A DNA stretch of 64,000 nucleotides from Callorhinchus milii (GCF_018977255.1 NW_024704742.1:132620001-132684000), one strand, 5' to 3'. Counted from the stretch's first letter, positions 34,250-47,600 are shown. Translations and numbers: made by a program. Notes: a model not told the origin generated them from the sequence alone.

Positions 34250-36363
34250 CGAGCCAAACCAACAGATGAAGAAGCAGCATGATGCAAGAAAAACTGGCTT
34301 ACGTGACCAGGGAACAAGAGACAATGATATTAAAACAATCCGCTGGTAGCAGCCAACAAATGACTTGTGCGGATTTTAAGATGCCTGTGTTAGATGCATT
34401 TTTTTGTTTGACGGTTCCTTTATCTCAGAATGAACCGAGAGATACAAAGTGCCATATTTATTGACAGGGCGCAACAAACAAGTACTTTAAGTCTCAGTAG
34501 ATTAGTTAGAAGCACAAGGCCGTGGACCTTCTGCCCCCGAGGAACCATATTTAATGAGGAGGCGAATCAATATCACTTAATCTGTGTCTAATAAACACCC
34601 AGGTGTACTGCAGGGCCATTTAGGGGGGTGCGGACTGAATGAAGAAAAGCTTTATTATAGCTGCTGAATAATAAATACAGGCGGCGAAACTTTACTTTGT
34701 CAAATGTCTTTACCTTTTGGTGTGTAATCAATAGTTTCCAGTGATTATAGGCCTTGTCACACAGCACATTTTTTTTCATGACTGCCTATTGACAAGCCTG
34801 CTGGAATCTGGCCGCTTTGATCTCACTTTCAATCAATCAATCGTGCCTGACAGTCTGTATGAAATCGTTGGCTGCCAGGCCAGAGGTCAGACATTTTCGA
34901 GTCTCTCAAAGATCAGTAGTTAAATGGCTGTGGGTTGCAGCTCTGTGGAATGAAGCCAAGCCGGTCTTGGGGCAGGGTGGGGGGTGGGGATAAAAGTGGC
35001 CAGTTTCTACTACTTAAAGTGCAATTTTTTTGGCAATAGGTCTGGACTGTATTGGGATAGACGTTTCATTAGAGATACAATATTAATAATAATCTTTGCA
35101 TTTGATATAGCGCCTTATCATACTGTTGAGATGTTTCAAAGAGCTTCACAGAATTTATTGTAAAGCGGATTGATTGTGTATTTTGTGGGCGAAACGCGGC
35201 AGCCAATTACGCACAGCGGTGTCCCACAAAGAGCCGTGGATTGAGTGACCAAATTATTATTATTATTATTTTTTTTGATCGATTATTATCCACGGAATGC
35301 AATCCTTTCTGGGGGTAATAACCTACATGAAGAGAAGAGAGTAGGGTCAAAATACAACAGACCTACCCTCGCAAACGACATGTGGTGTCTTTTTTTCAAG
35401 TCTTTTGTAAAATAGTGGACATAATAGCACTTGTTTGTAATTGTCTGACCCTTGATTTGCTGAATGAAATGTTGAGCAGCTCAAATGGAGTATTTGGCAA
35501 TCAGCTGCCTATGTCGGCAGTACAGCGTGCTGACCTCCAGTCAAGGGCAACATTTCTTGAGTAAACTAATTGTGAGTTTATCAGGCTCTGTGGCGCGGTG
35601 CCAAGCAGGGTTGGCTCCGCGTCAAGTTCATCTCAACTTGTTGGGTTCAATCAGGCTGGGGTCAGCCTGCAGAGCTTTATTCAGAGTGGGCTTTAACCAC
35701 CTGTTAAATGGACCAGGACCTCCCTCTCTCCTAACTCTCAATCTCCTACACTTCTACCAACTGGCCTCTCCCCACACTCAGCAACCCCCCTGCTTCATGC
35801 CACTGTCCTATCCAGCCCACCTTCGGTGAACAAACTTCAACCATTCATTCTGCCCACCACTTTGACCATAATTTGATCAACTATTTTCGCTACCCCCCCA
35901 TGCCCCGACCCTCTTCAGCTCCTCTCCCAGTCCTGGCTCAGGTGACCAGCCAACAACAACAAAATTACATTTGTGTAGCACCTTTCACATCAGAAAGACG
36001 TCCCAAGGCACTGGACAGTTAAGGGTTTGCACCCCCAGCTGAAGGTTGGAATCAAGAAGTGTGGAGTGTAGAGGTGGGGGTTGGGGCAGGGTGGCTTAAA
36101 GCACGATCAAAGAGGAAAGTCTTGAGAAAAGCCTTGAAGAAGGCAAGGGATGGGGCGAGGCAGAGGGATTCTAGGATGGAGTTCAACAACAACAACTTAC
36201 ATTTATATAGCATTTTGGAGCCCTCCTCTTGGAACAAACCAGACAGCTGTGTAATGGGCTTTGCGGAGATGTGAAAGATGCTACATAGATGTAAATTGTA
36301 TTGTATTTGTACAGTATTGTAGTCTTTTATTATTCATAAATTTAATGTCTCCGATTATTTCTT

Positions 36364-36600
36364 CTAATTTTCTCCCCACTGGTACATTCCTCTCTGCTCC
36401 TGCTCTGCACTCTTCTCACTAGTTAGGGTTCCACAGGCACTGATTGCCCTCAGGTCTCTGCCCAAGTGACCATTGTCCACATGCCAGCCTTGGCAGTGAG
36501 TGTCAGCAGGTAAGTGACTGGAGAGGTTGTCACAGCCAAGCCTGACCTCTCCTCACCCAGCTGCCACACACAGATACAACCAGTAGAGGGTGCTATAGAG
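36364..36600 (-). mobile_element. Ancient tRNA-SINE (AmnSINE2-like) 3' half
   Basis: CCCAAGTGACCATT..GCAGTGAGTGTCAGCAGG..TCACAGCCAAGCCTGACCTCTCCTCACCCA resembles a recalled ancient SINE consensus; second copy at 10715. Confidence 0.5.
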
Positions 36601-36959
36601 GGACTTATGCCTATCTTAAATGGTAAAAACATGTCCCATAATTCTACATGTTATAATAGGACAATCCTACACACTTAATAATATTACTATTACTAGTGTT
36701 TGATATAGGGCCATATGTGTGGGGAGGATGTTCCAAACGCTTTAGGATATATTGTAATATGTGCTTTTGTAAGAGAACATAGCAGCCCCAAACAGGCAGA
36801 CATGCCCTTGGCCCAACATATGAGCAGCGCTCCCCCAGTACAGCACTAGAATGCCAGCCCAGACTGTGACCCCAAGTCCTGGAGTGGGAGGGAGTTGAAT
36901 CTATAACTTTCTGACCCGGAGGTGAAAGCACTACCGATTGAGACAAACGGATACCGATT

Positions 36960-37236
36960 GATAATAATAATAATAATAATAATAATAATCCTTGCATTTG
37001 ATATAGCGCTTTTCACGTCGGGAGGACGTCCCAAAGCGCTTCACAGAATACACTGTAAAGTGAATTGACTGTATATTTGTGGGCGAACGCGGCAGCCAAT
37101 TGCGCACAGCAATGTCCCACAAACAGTCGTAGATTGAAAATGACCAATTTATTATTGTTTTTGGTTTTTTGGAGGGATTATTATTGGACGTGTGGAGTAA
37201 GGAAACTTGCCCAAGGTTTCGCCCTCTGCCTGGATT
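36960..37236 (-). mobile_element. tRNA-Ala SINE, short subfamily, 5'-truncated
   Basis: Near-identical to 6695-6960. Confidence 0.9.
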
Positions 37237-38208
37237 GATAACGTCTGTCCCATTGACATTGTGGAAGGGGAAGTGCTGGGGCAAAGGCAGGCGATTTTAA
37301 TGGAGGTATATATCAGCCAAGATTTTATAGAATGGTGGAACAGGCTTGAGGAGCTGAATAGTCTACTCCTGTTCCTATGTTCCTATGCACACTTGGGTTG
37401 GGAGCTGAGGCCTGGGGTATGGGACATGGGGGTTGGGTTGGCAGAAGCGGCAGAGAATATCTGCTCTCATAACTGGCAGCTCTGAGTCACATAGTGTAAG
37501 ATTTTTGGGGGTCAGTTGGGTGTCTGATACAAGTGGAAACCCATCACCAGGCTTAAGAGTATCCAAACCAAACTCAGAATTCCATGCATCCCAACTACTG
37601 TACACATGGACATTTTTTTTCAGTGGGAGCAAAGAGGTAAGAGACAAACATAGCATTATTACGGGGTATGTCAATAGAAGGTCCTTCCCTTTAACAAAGC
37701 CCAAGAAATGCCCGAAGTAACGAAGGGTGGAATTTCCCATTATTGGCTATAGGTGGGGGGTAGGATTACATGTCTTCACTTGGATAATTACCTTTTGACA
37801 GCTATTTAAGTGGATTGGTTCTACCTCTGAAATTAGTTAGTTCAGGTCAGATCGAGCCAAGTGACTACAATCGTTCACCTCACCGCATTACCAACAGAGG
37901 CAACATAACCTAGTCCACATGAAACCAACACCTGCAAAACAACGACAAGCTGCCAGTGGTCCTCCCTCCCCCAAAACTCGTCACAAAATTGTTTAAGGAA
38001 ATACAAAATACGCTTTACAGTAAAATCCCATGAAGCGCTTTGAGATATCTCGACAACGTGGTAAGGCTCTGTATCAGATGCAAGCTCTATTAAATAAACG
38101 GGTCAGGAAAATATGCTACACAGAACGCCTTTGCCCTGGACATTGTCAACTCCTGCCTGAACAAAATGTTATGATTATTAATAATATTAATAAACCTTGC
38201 ATCTGATA

Positions 38209-38569
38209 TAATAATAATCCTTGCATTTGATGTAGCGCCTGATCACGTTGTTGAGACGTCTCAAAGCGCTTCGCAGAATATATTGTAAATTGGATTTACA
38301 GTGTATTTTGTGGGCGAAACGCTGCAGCCAATTGTGCACAGCAGTGTCCCACAAACAGTCGTGGATTGAGTGACCGCATTTTTTGGGAGGGATTATTACC
38401 CCGGAAAGCAATTTGCCAATGGACTACCAACCGGGTTCCTGCTTACTGCTAGGTAAACAGAGGCGTGAGGAGTAAGGAAATTTGTCTAAGGTTTAGCCCC
38501 TCCAGGGAATCGAACTTAAATCCTCTTGCTTGCAAGGCGAGCGCGTTATCCACTCTGCTACGGGACTCC
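38209..38569 (-). mobile_element. tRNA-Ala SINE, long subfamily
   Basis: Full head-body-tail. Confidence 0.88.
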
Positions 38570-39059
38570 GCAATATGCAGTTAGAGCCTCTCACGTCAGG
38601 AGGAGTTTTCAAAGTGATACATAGGATATACTGTAAAGTGGAGTGACTGCTTTCGTGTTTTGTTAAATCCAAAATGCCTCTGGCCTCAAGTATGTAAGAT
38701 ACTTGTAAACCCAATGTAGTTGATGCACTCTTCTTTTTTTGATATATAAAAGCCGCGTAAGTGTCTGTACAGGACAAAGTAATTGTAGATTGTTTTGCTG
38801 AACTCTGGAGATTCAAAACCAGCAGCACACACGCACTGTCTAGCCAAAGCCTGTTACGTAGACTGGCAGGAATGCTTGTTAAACCAACTGTGAGCCTGAA
38901 AGGCCAAGTGGGGTAACAAAGTTCTCTCGGGCAAAGCGAATCCACATCACTGTGGTGCTGCTTGGGTTGGAGGCTGAAACCGCTCTTAAATCCTGGACTT
39001 CTGAGGCCTGAGATTGCTCATGGTCTTAGATTTAAGATCGCAGAGATCCTGGTTCTTTT

Positions 39060-39414
39060 GCACGGTGGTTAGAGCAGTCACCCTGCAAGCGAGAGGACCC
39101 AGGTTTGATCCCGGGTGAGGCAAAACCTTAGGCAAGTGTCCTTACTCCACATACCTGTTTACCTCGCAGTAAGTAGGAACTTGGTTGCTCGTCAATTGGT
39201 GGATCGTTTTCTGGGGGTAATCATTTTTTAAAAAAAAGTTGGTTACTCAATCCACGGCTGTTTGTGGACGCTGCTGTGCACAATTGTAAGCTGCGTTTAG
39301 CCCACAAAATATACAGTCAATTCACTTTACATCATATTGTGTGAAGCTCTTTGAGACGTCTCAACAACGTGATAAGGCGCGATATCAGATGCAAGGATTG
39401 GTATTATTATTATT
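39060..39414 (+). mobile_element. tRNA-Ala SINE, long subfamily
   Basis: Head-body-tail. Confidence 0.85.
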
Positions 39415-39538
39415 TTAAGATGCGCAAAAAATAGAATCGCAGATTAAGTCTGAATTTAAGAATTTTCCCAAATCCTGTGTGGGCACTGTCCAGAACAAAT
39501 TGCAGCCCTCGGGATTATATTTAAGGGCACTTTGCACG

Positions 39539-39557
39539 TGGCCACTAGATGGCGCTA
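39539..39557 (+). promoter_or_regulatory. CTCF-binding motif
   Basis: TGGCCACTAGATGGCGCTA matches the core CTCF consensus, in non-repeat sequence. Confidence 0.7.
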
Positions 39558-39779
39558 AATGTTTGTTTGTTTAGTTTTCTTAGAGGAAAAAACATTGCTC
39601 TTAAGCCTTAAAAGACTCGGTCAGGCCCACGTTCTGTCATGAACCATGTTAGTGCCATGAATTGCTGGTTTTGCAGGAGAGAAATAGGGAGGAAACCAGA
39701 GTGGGCTGTGGTGTGGTTCTTCTGGTTGGGTTGGTTTAGAAATTGGGATAGGTTAGGTTATGTTGGGGTGGATTTATAT

Positions 39780-40135
39780 GGCTCAGTCTTGAGAGAAGAT
39801 GACTCAGATGGGACAGTAATATTATAGAGCGATATAAAATGTTAAATGGGATTGAAGAAGTAAATTCAGAACAATATTTCAGGATGCAACAAGATAGTAG
39901 AACAAGAGAACATAGGTTTAGAGTTGCATCAGACAATTTCAGGGAAGATTCCAGGAAGTTTTTCTTTACCCAAAGGGTAATTAACAACTGGAACAGATTG
40001 CCATGTTTGAGGCCAGGACACTGGACTCAATTGAAAAGCAGCTTGATGTTGTGATGAGAAGACAGTAGGGTGGGTGTTCTGGAAGGATGAGATTGGAAGT
40101 GTCGAAGGGCCTCCTTCATCCAAAGCATCCTTCCT
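39780..40135 (+). mobile_element. CR1 LINE 3' fragment
   Basis: MLNGIEEVNSEQYF..RTREHRFRV..RKFFFTQRVINNWNRLP. Confidence 0.88.
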
Positions 40136-40204
40136 GGTGACCCTGGCTAATGTGCTGCCTACGTGAGTTAGAGGCGGAAACCGCTCTTATGTTTTAGGTT
40201 TTTG

Positions 40205-40700
40205 GGTAATAAAGAACATCCTAGTGTCTGTCCTGAAATTGTTCTTTAAAACTCTAAAACTATGTCCTCTTGTGCTACTGTCTTGTTGCATCCTAACGTA
40301 ATGATCTGGCTTTACTTTTTCAAACCCATTCAAAATGTTATACACCTCTATGAGGTCTTCCCTAAGTCGTCTTCTTCAAGAATGAAGAGCCCGAGCTTGT
40401 CTAATCGTTTCTGGGAACTCGTTCCTCTAACGCTGGGGATCAGCCTCAGTGCTTTCCTCTGAACTGTCTCTAGGCCCTGGACAGCCCTGCTACTGTGCAG
40501 TGACTAGAACTCAATACATTGTGCCTGCCTTTTCTCCATATCTCCTGATACTCTTATTAGCCAAATATTTATCTACTTCCCTCTTAAGCATTCCCACTGA
40601 CTCCGCATTCCCACTGACTCCGCATTAATAGTGCTGCGAGGAAGTGAATTCCACAGCCCTACAACTCTCTGAGCAAAGAAATATATCCCCTGTTAGGTCT
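40205..40700 (-). mobile_element. CR1 LINE fragments
   Basis: Minus strand LFILEEDDLGKTS-like CR1 C-terminal DNA plus CAGAGAGTTGTAGGGCTGTGGAATTC. Confidence 0.7.
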
Positions 40701-41282
40701 CTCTGTTGGCACTAGTGACTCTACAGCCAGATAGACCCAGAAAGTACCTCCCAGGCTTCTGTCAGTGAAACAGTACAATTATTTTGTGAGATTTACACAA
40801 AAACAGCCTGGCTTCATGTTTCTCCCTCAATATCCATGGGAATAATGTTTAAAATGGGCATGAGGCCAAGTATGGGGCTACTCCAATGAAGTGTTTATTA
40901 ATGTCAATTAATTTGTCCCTTTTTTTAATTGTGTCAAGTATTTCGGAATCCTATGGCCTGTTGGTTAGAGCACTCGCCTCGCAAGAGAGGACCCGGGTTC
41001 AATTCCTGGGTGGGACGAAACGTTAGGCGAATTTCTTTTCGCCACACACTTCTGTTTACCTAGTAGTAAGTAGGAACCCGGCTGTTAGTCAATTGGCGGA
41101 TAAATTTCTGGGGGTAATAATCCCTCAAAAAANCAGTTTGGTCACTCAGTCCATGACAGTCCATGCCTTTGAAGTTACAGTCTAGGCTGACACTCCAGTG
41201 CAGTGGTGAGAGTGCGTTGCAATGTAGAGGTGATGTAACTCGGAGAGACGTTAAACCGAGGCCCCATCTGTCTCACTGTCCA

Positions 41283-42480
41283 TCGGCAGATTTGGCTTCA
41301 CCATACCAAGACCTACCGCTGCTTTCGTGCCTCCGCCAAGTCTTCCTTCTACTCCAAGGTTATCTTGGAGACAAAGGACAACCCCAGGCTTCTCTTTTCC
41401 ACCACAAACCGTCTCCTCCGTCCACTTTCCCATGCCCCGCCCATCGTCTCCTCAAACTCCAACTGTGAGGAGATGCTGGACTTCCTCAAATCCCAAATCG
41501 AGGGGATATGTTTAGCCACTTCTGCCCCGCCCATCGCAACCCCCACATCACCTCTCCCTCATGACACACACCCCACCCATCGCCCCTTATACTCCTTCGA
41601 CCCTATCTTTCCCTCCTCCCTCACCGCGATTGTTCGCAAACTCAAACCCACCACCTGCTCCCTCGATCCCATCCCCACCTCTCTCCTCATCTCCCAGCTC
41701 CACCTTCTAGCCCCTCTCCTGTCCGACGTCATCAACCTGTCTGGTTCAGTTCCCATCCACCTAAAAACAGCCATCATCACCCCCATCTTGAAAAAATCTT
41801 CCCTGGACCAATCCCACATCTCCAGCTACCGCCCATCGCTAACCTCCCATTCCTCTCCAAGGTCCTGGAATGAGTCGTCGCGTCCCAGCTCTGCTCCTTT
41901 CTTTCTCGCCATTCCCTCCTTGAACTCCTCCAATCCGGCTTCCGAGCTGCCCACAGCACTGAAACAGCCCTGGTCAAAGTCATTAATGACATTCTGAACA
42001 TCTGTGATCAGGGCTTCCTCTGCCTCCTTGTCCTCCTCGACCTCTCTGCCGTCTTTGACATTGTCAACCATTCCATCCTCATACACCTCTCCTCTTTACT
42101 TAATCTTTGCGGTCCTGCCCTTGCCTGGTTTGATTCCTATCTCTCTCACCATCTCCATTTTGTTGCCTCTAACGATTTCTCCTCCAGCCCCTGAACTGTC
42201 ACGTCTGGCGTCCCCCAGGGCTCTGTCCTTGGCCCTCTCCTCTTTAATATCTACACGCTCCCCCTTGGTGACATCATCCGCAGACATGGGGTCAACTTCC
42301 ATATGTATGCGGATGACACAACTCTTATCTTTCTACCTCCACCCTCAACTCCAGGACCACTACTGTCCTGACAGACTGCTGTCAGACATCAAGTCCTGGA
42401 TGAGGGCCAATTTCTTACGGTTGAATGTGAACAAGATTGAGGCCCTCCTGATTGGCTCGCGCCAGCGCCTCAGCACCTCA
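41283..42480 (+). mobile_element. L2 LINE internal fragment
   Basis: [37 protein letters not shown]; multiple frameshifts. Confidence 0.92.
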
Positions 42481-42838
42481 TAATAATACTTACATTTTAT
42501 ATCGTGCCTTATCACGTCGCTAAGACGTCTCAAAGCGCCTTACAGAATATATTGTAAAGTGAATTGCCTGTGTGTTTTATGGATGAAATGCAGCAGCCAA
42601 TTGTGCACTGTAGTGTCCCATAAACAGTCATGGTTTGAGTTACTCAATTTTTTTTAAGGGATTATTACCCCTGGAAAGTGATCTGCCAATCGACTAACAA
42701 TCAGGTTCCTACTTACTACTAGGTAAACAGAGGCCTGTGGAGTAAGGAAACTTACCTGAGGTTTCGCACTGCCTGGGAATTGCACCTGAGTCCTCTTGCT
42801 TGCAAAGCAAGCACACTAATCACTAAGCTAAGGACTCC
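42481..42838 (-). mobile_element. tRNA-Ala SINE, long subfamily
   Basis: Head at 42838, tail abutting the L2. Confidence 0.85.
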
Positions 42839-43390
42839 AAGTATATGCCATGCTGAGCTTCGGCACTGCTTTCTGTTTTGGAAGGCGCTATACCAAATGT
42901 AAGGATGTGTTTATAATAATATAATAATAATAACAATTTGCATTTATTTAAGTTAGGCTCGTGGGGCAGCATCTCTCGAGCTTGGAGAACTACCAACTGT
43001 AGTTTCCGTTCATAGCTCTGATGTTACAATGCCCCTCAGGATTCGAGAGAAATTGCTGAAGAGATTACTAACAGCCAGAACATTTGTTAAAGAATTGATT
43101 GGCAAAGTGCAATTGGGTTTTGGAACACCTTGAGTACTGAAATATTATTTCAGTAATTACTCAACTAAGTACATAAGGTTAGCGATCTGTGTGTTATTGA
43201 TATACTATAATACCAGTTTAATGGCTCAGTGCAGAAATGAGTCAATGATGCACTATTCCCTGGGTGAATGGCAGGAATATATTTCAATATGTTCTCTTTT
43301 GCTGCAAATAATGCTATTTTCATAACATCCAGGATAAATGTCCTGGAAAGGTAACATGTTCAACCCAGAGCTGATATTCCTTCTTAATGT

Positions 43391-43773
43391 GGAGTCCTGT
43401 AGTATACTGGTTGGAGCCCTCGCCTCACAAGTGAGAGAACTTGTGTTTGATTCCCCGGCAAAGCGAAATGTTAGGCAAGTTTCCTTACTTCACACGCCTG
43501 TGTTTACCTAGCAGTAAATAGGAACGCGATTGTTAGTCAATGGGCAGATCGCTTTCTCAGGGGTAATAATCCCTTCAAAAAACAAAATAAATAATAAAAA
43601 TTTGGTCACTCCATCCATAACTGTTTGTGGGAGGTCACTGTGCGCAATTGGCTGCCACGTTTCGCCCACAAAATATACAGCCACTACGCGCTACAGTATA
43701 TTCTGTGAAGTTCTTTGAGAAGTTTCGAAGATGTGATAAGGCGCTATATCAAATCCAAGGATTATTATTATTA
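43391..43773 (+). mobile_element. tRNA-Ala SINE, long subfamily
   Basis: Full head-body-tail. Confidence 0.87.
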
Positions 43774-43829
43774 CAATTGTTATCTGGCACAGTTGCTAGT
43801 GTTTGTGTCTCTCTGTATCAGTTATTGCA

Positions 43830-44180
43830 TGCACAGTTCCTTCCTACTCAGCTCTTGTTAACTTTGCAAACCAAATCCCTACTGACGAACTGGACAAGTT
43901 TTGCCAGACGGTACTCTCAATGGTGAAATATATGATTTTTAGCTGGTTAAATTCCAGCAGTACTCAAGTCTTAGCTCTCCCCAACCTGCGCGTAATACTC
44001 TCTGAAATTAGGTAAACAGGGTGCGACCCACCAGGGAGGAAGTGCACATTCCATTCCAGACTCAGAGAAATTCCCGTGTGTAGGTGGTTTAAATACGTGG
44101 AGCTATCAGTCTGGTTTGCATAGTCTTAAGTGTGGTGATGGGTTTCTCTATGTATCCAACGCCCGGCTGATCAGACAAAA
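43830..44180 (+). repeat. Family-A repeat
   Basis: Ends CCCGGCTGATCAGACAAAAA like other copies. Confidence 0.75.
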
Positions 44181-44182
44181 AT

Positions 44183-44620
44183 TCTCTCTCTCTCTCTTTC
44201 GGTTTCTCTCTGTCTTCTCTCCTTGTCTTTGACTTTGGGCTCTCTTTTTGTCTTCTCTCTTTTGCTCTCCTTCTCTCTCTCTCTTTCTTTGTCGTGTCTC
44301 CCTCTTGCTCCCTCTCTGTCCTCTCTCTCTCTTTCCTCTCTCTCTCTTTCTCTTTCTCTTTATCCCCTCTCTCTGTTCTTTCTTGCTTTCTCTCTCTCTC
44401 TTTCCCTGTCTCTTTTGTGCGCTCTCTCTCTTTCTGTTCTTTCTCTTGTTCTCTCGCTCTGTCCTCTCACTCTCTTCCTTTGTCGTTTCTCTCTCTCTTT
44501 TGTTGTTTTTTTCTCTCTCTTTCTCTATTCTCTTCCTCTATCTTTGTCTAGCCCTGTTGCTCTGTCTTCCTCTATTGCTCTCTCTGTTCCCCTCTCTCCA
44601 TCTCGTTCTCTCTTACTGTC
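44183..44620. repeat. Degenerate (CT)n polypyrimidine tract
   Basis: ~440 bp almost entirely C/T on the + strand. Confidence 0.95.
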
Positions 44621-47600
44621 CAGAGTAAATTGATAGGGATGAACTACTCCTTGTTGTTTGTTTTACAGGAACGTTCCTTAAGAAATAAAGTGTCCTTGTT
44701 ATAGCTAGGTCTTGATGACAATGAGATAACGGTGGAGCCAATCTATTTACAGACTAAAACAACTAAACAGCTTGAGAAAGACTTGAGCGATCTTCTTCAC
44801 CGAATTATACGAGGACAACACCAGGAGGAAACATCTCCCCCCCCCCCCCCCCCCCCACCATGCACACACTTTTGAGGTTGTCAGGAATCTGATTAAAACG
44901 CAAGATAGCGGAGGAGGATCAATTAAGCTTAATATTTTCGAGGGAAACTTGCTAAAATGAGATCGTTTGAGACATGTTCAGTTTCAGCTTTCGTAAAGCT
45001 TCGCGGTTTCAAGATCGATTTTGAGATCCTCGTACTTATGTACAAATCACTTCATGTCCAGGCAACACCCTATCTCTGCGATCTGCTCACACCTCGCTCC
45101 CCAACACGTCCCCTTTGCTCAGCTGGCTCAGGCTTCCTGCATGCCCTCCGCTCCACCACTGACAGCTCACTGAGCTTCAAAACTATGGCGCTCTCCATCT
45201 AAATCCCTCCTCCTTACTCCCTCTTTGCTCATCTCCACTTCTCTTTGACTGTGCTATGATCACCTCTCTCCTCTCCCCGGTCAGCATCAAGCTCTGCGAC
45301 TGTTAAGCACACCGAGACTTACCCCACGTGAAAGGTGCTATACAAATACAACTTATTGTTCTACTGGTTGTCACTCACAGGATTTTTTTTTGCCTGGAGA
45401 TGTAACTCTTTAGACCTGCATTAAATCCTGTGAAGTGCTTTCAGATGCCCTCCCGACGTGAAAGCCACGGTTTGCCCACAAAATATGCCGTAAATCCACT
45501 TTACACTGTATTCTGTGAAGCGCCTTGAGACGTGAAAAGGTGCTATATAGAATGCAAGGATTATTTACAACAACAACTAGATTACATTGGTATAGCGGCT
45601 TTCACGTCGGGAGGACGTCCCAAGGCGTTGGCCAGTGTACAGCATTTCAGACCCGAGCTGGGGTCAGGGGGGAAGAAGGGAGAGGAGGGGAAGGGGGCTG
45701 GCCGATGGCATGCTCGAAGAGGAGGGTTTTGAGGCGGGACTTGAAGGAAGCAAAGGAGGGGGTGAGGCGGAGTGATTGGGGGATGGAGTTCCAGAGGTTG
45801 GGGGCAGAGAGGCTGAAGGCTCTCCCGCCAATGGTGGGGTGGGTGGGTCGGGGAACATGGAGCAGGCCAGAGCCGGCTGAGCAGAGGGAGTGGGATGGGT
45901 TAGGGGTTTAGGAGGTCACAGAGATAAGGTAGGGCGAGGCCATGGAGTTGAGTAGGTGAGGACCAGGATCTGGATCTCCTCTGAAGAAGAGGGAGCCAAT
46001 GGAGTCGGGCGAGAATGGGGGAGATGGGGTCACGGAGTTTGGTGCAGAAGAGGACACGGGCTGCAGAGTTCTGGATTATCTGCAGCCTGTGGAGGGAGGA
46101 GTTGGGAAGGCCGACAAGCAGGGCGTTTGCATAGTCGAGCCTGGAGGTGATGAAGGCATGAATGAGTTTCAGCGCCCTGAGGGATGAGGTAGTGGCGGAG
46201 TTGGGCGATGTTACAGAGGTGAGAGAAAGCAGAGCGGGTCATGGGTTGGATGTGGGGAAGAAAAGACAGTTGAGGGTCGAACAAGACACCGAGGTTTCTG
46301 ACTGATTTGGTGAGTTGAAGTGTGCAACCGTGGAGATTGTTGTTGATGTTGCCAGAGCCTGAGGTGCTGAGGCGGTGGCACGAGCCAATCAGGAGGGCCT
46401 CAATCTTGTTCACATTCAACTGTAGGAAGTTTGCCCTCATCCAGGACTTGATGTCTGACAGCAGTCTGTCAGGACAGCAGTGGTCCTGGAGTTGAGGGTG
46501 GAGCAGAAAGATAGAGTTGGGTGTCATCCACATTCATATGGAAGTTGACCCCATATGTCGGATGATATCACCAAGGGGGAGCATGTGGATATTAAAGAGG
46601 AGAGGGCCAAGGACAGAGCCCTGGGGGACGTCAGACGTGACAGTGCGGGGGCTGGAGGAGAAACCGTTAGAGGCAACAAAGTGGAGACGGTGAGAAAGAT
46701 AGGAATCGAACCAGGCCAGGGCAGTTCCGCAAAGATTAAGTGAAGAGGAGAGGAATGGGAGGTTAGAGATGGGGTGGTAACTGGAGAGTAGGAATGGGTC
46801 CAGGGAAGGTTTTTTTCAGGATGGGAGTGATGATGGCTGTTTTAAGGGGGGGTGGGAACTGAACCATAGAGGTTGATGACGTCGGATAGGAGAGGGGCCA
46901 GAAGGTGGAGCTGGTAGATGAGGAGAAAATTTTGGGATGGGATCGAGGGAGCAGGTGGTGGGTTTGAGTTTGCGAACAATCGCTGTGAGGGAGGAGGGAG
47001 AGATAGGGTCGAAGGAGTATAGGGGGGGTTGGGTGGCGTGTGTTTCATGAGGAAGAGGTGATGTGGGGTTGCCTGTGGATGGGGCAGAGGTGGCTGAACG
47101 TATCCCTCAATTTTGGTTTCGAGGAAATCCAGCATCTCCTCACAGTTGGAGTTTGAGGATGGGTGAGGCTTGGCAAGGTTGATGGAGGAGACGGTTTGTG
47201 GTGGAAAAGAGAAGCCTGGGGTTGTCCTTTGCCTCCAAGATAACCTTGAAGAAGAAGGAGGATTTGGCGGAGGCAGCAGTAGATCTTGGTGTGGTGAAGC
47301 CAGATCTGCCGATAGACTGTTAATTTGGAATTGGTCCAGGCGCGTTCAGCAGCTCGCACTTGTGCCTTGAGGGAACAGAGATGCCTGGTGTACCAGGGGG
47401 TTTATGGGAATACGAGGCTGTTCAAGAAAGTTGTGGAGTTGTTACGGGTTGTGGAGAAAGGAGAGTGAGGAGGAGGGATCGGTCAGGGAGGGCCAGAGGT
47501 GTAGGAGTTCAGATGACTACAGGGCAGTGGAGAGGGAGAGGGAGGAAATTTTTTTCCACGGATGATATGTGATGGTGGAGGGTTAAGAAAGAGGAAGGGG

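Noticed and set aside
41133..41133. Single N base
   Set aside because: An assembly ambiguity inside a SINE. It shows base-level errors exist in this assembly but is not a biological feature.
44223..44633. Leu/Ser-rich 'membrane protein' ORFs
   Set aside because: Translation of a (CT)n tract.
44705..44880. Short open frame LGLDDNEITVEPIYLQTKTTKQLEKDLSDLLHRII after an AG
   Set aside because: No recognisable homology or donor site; it ends shortly after a poly-C run.
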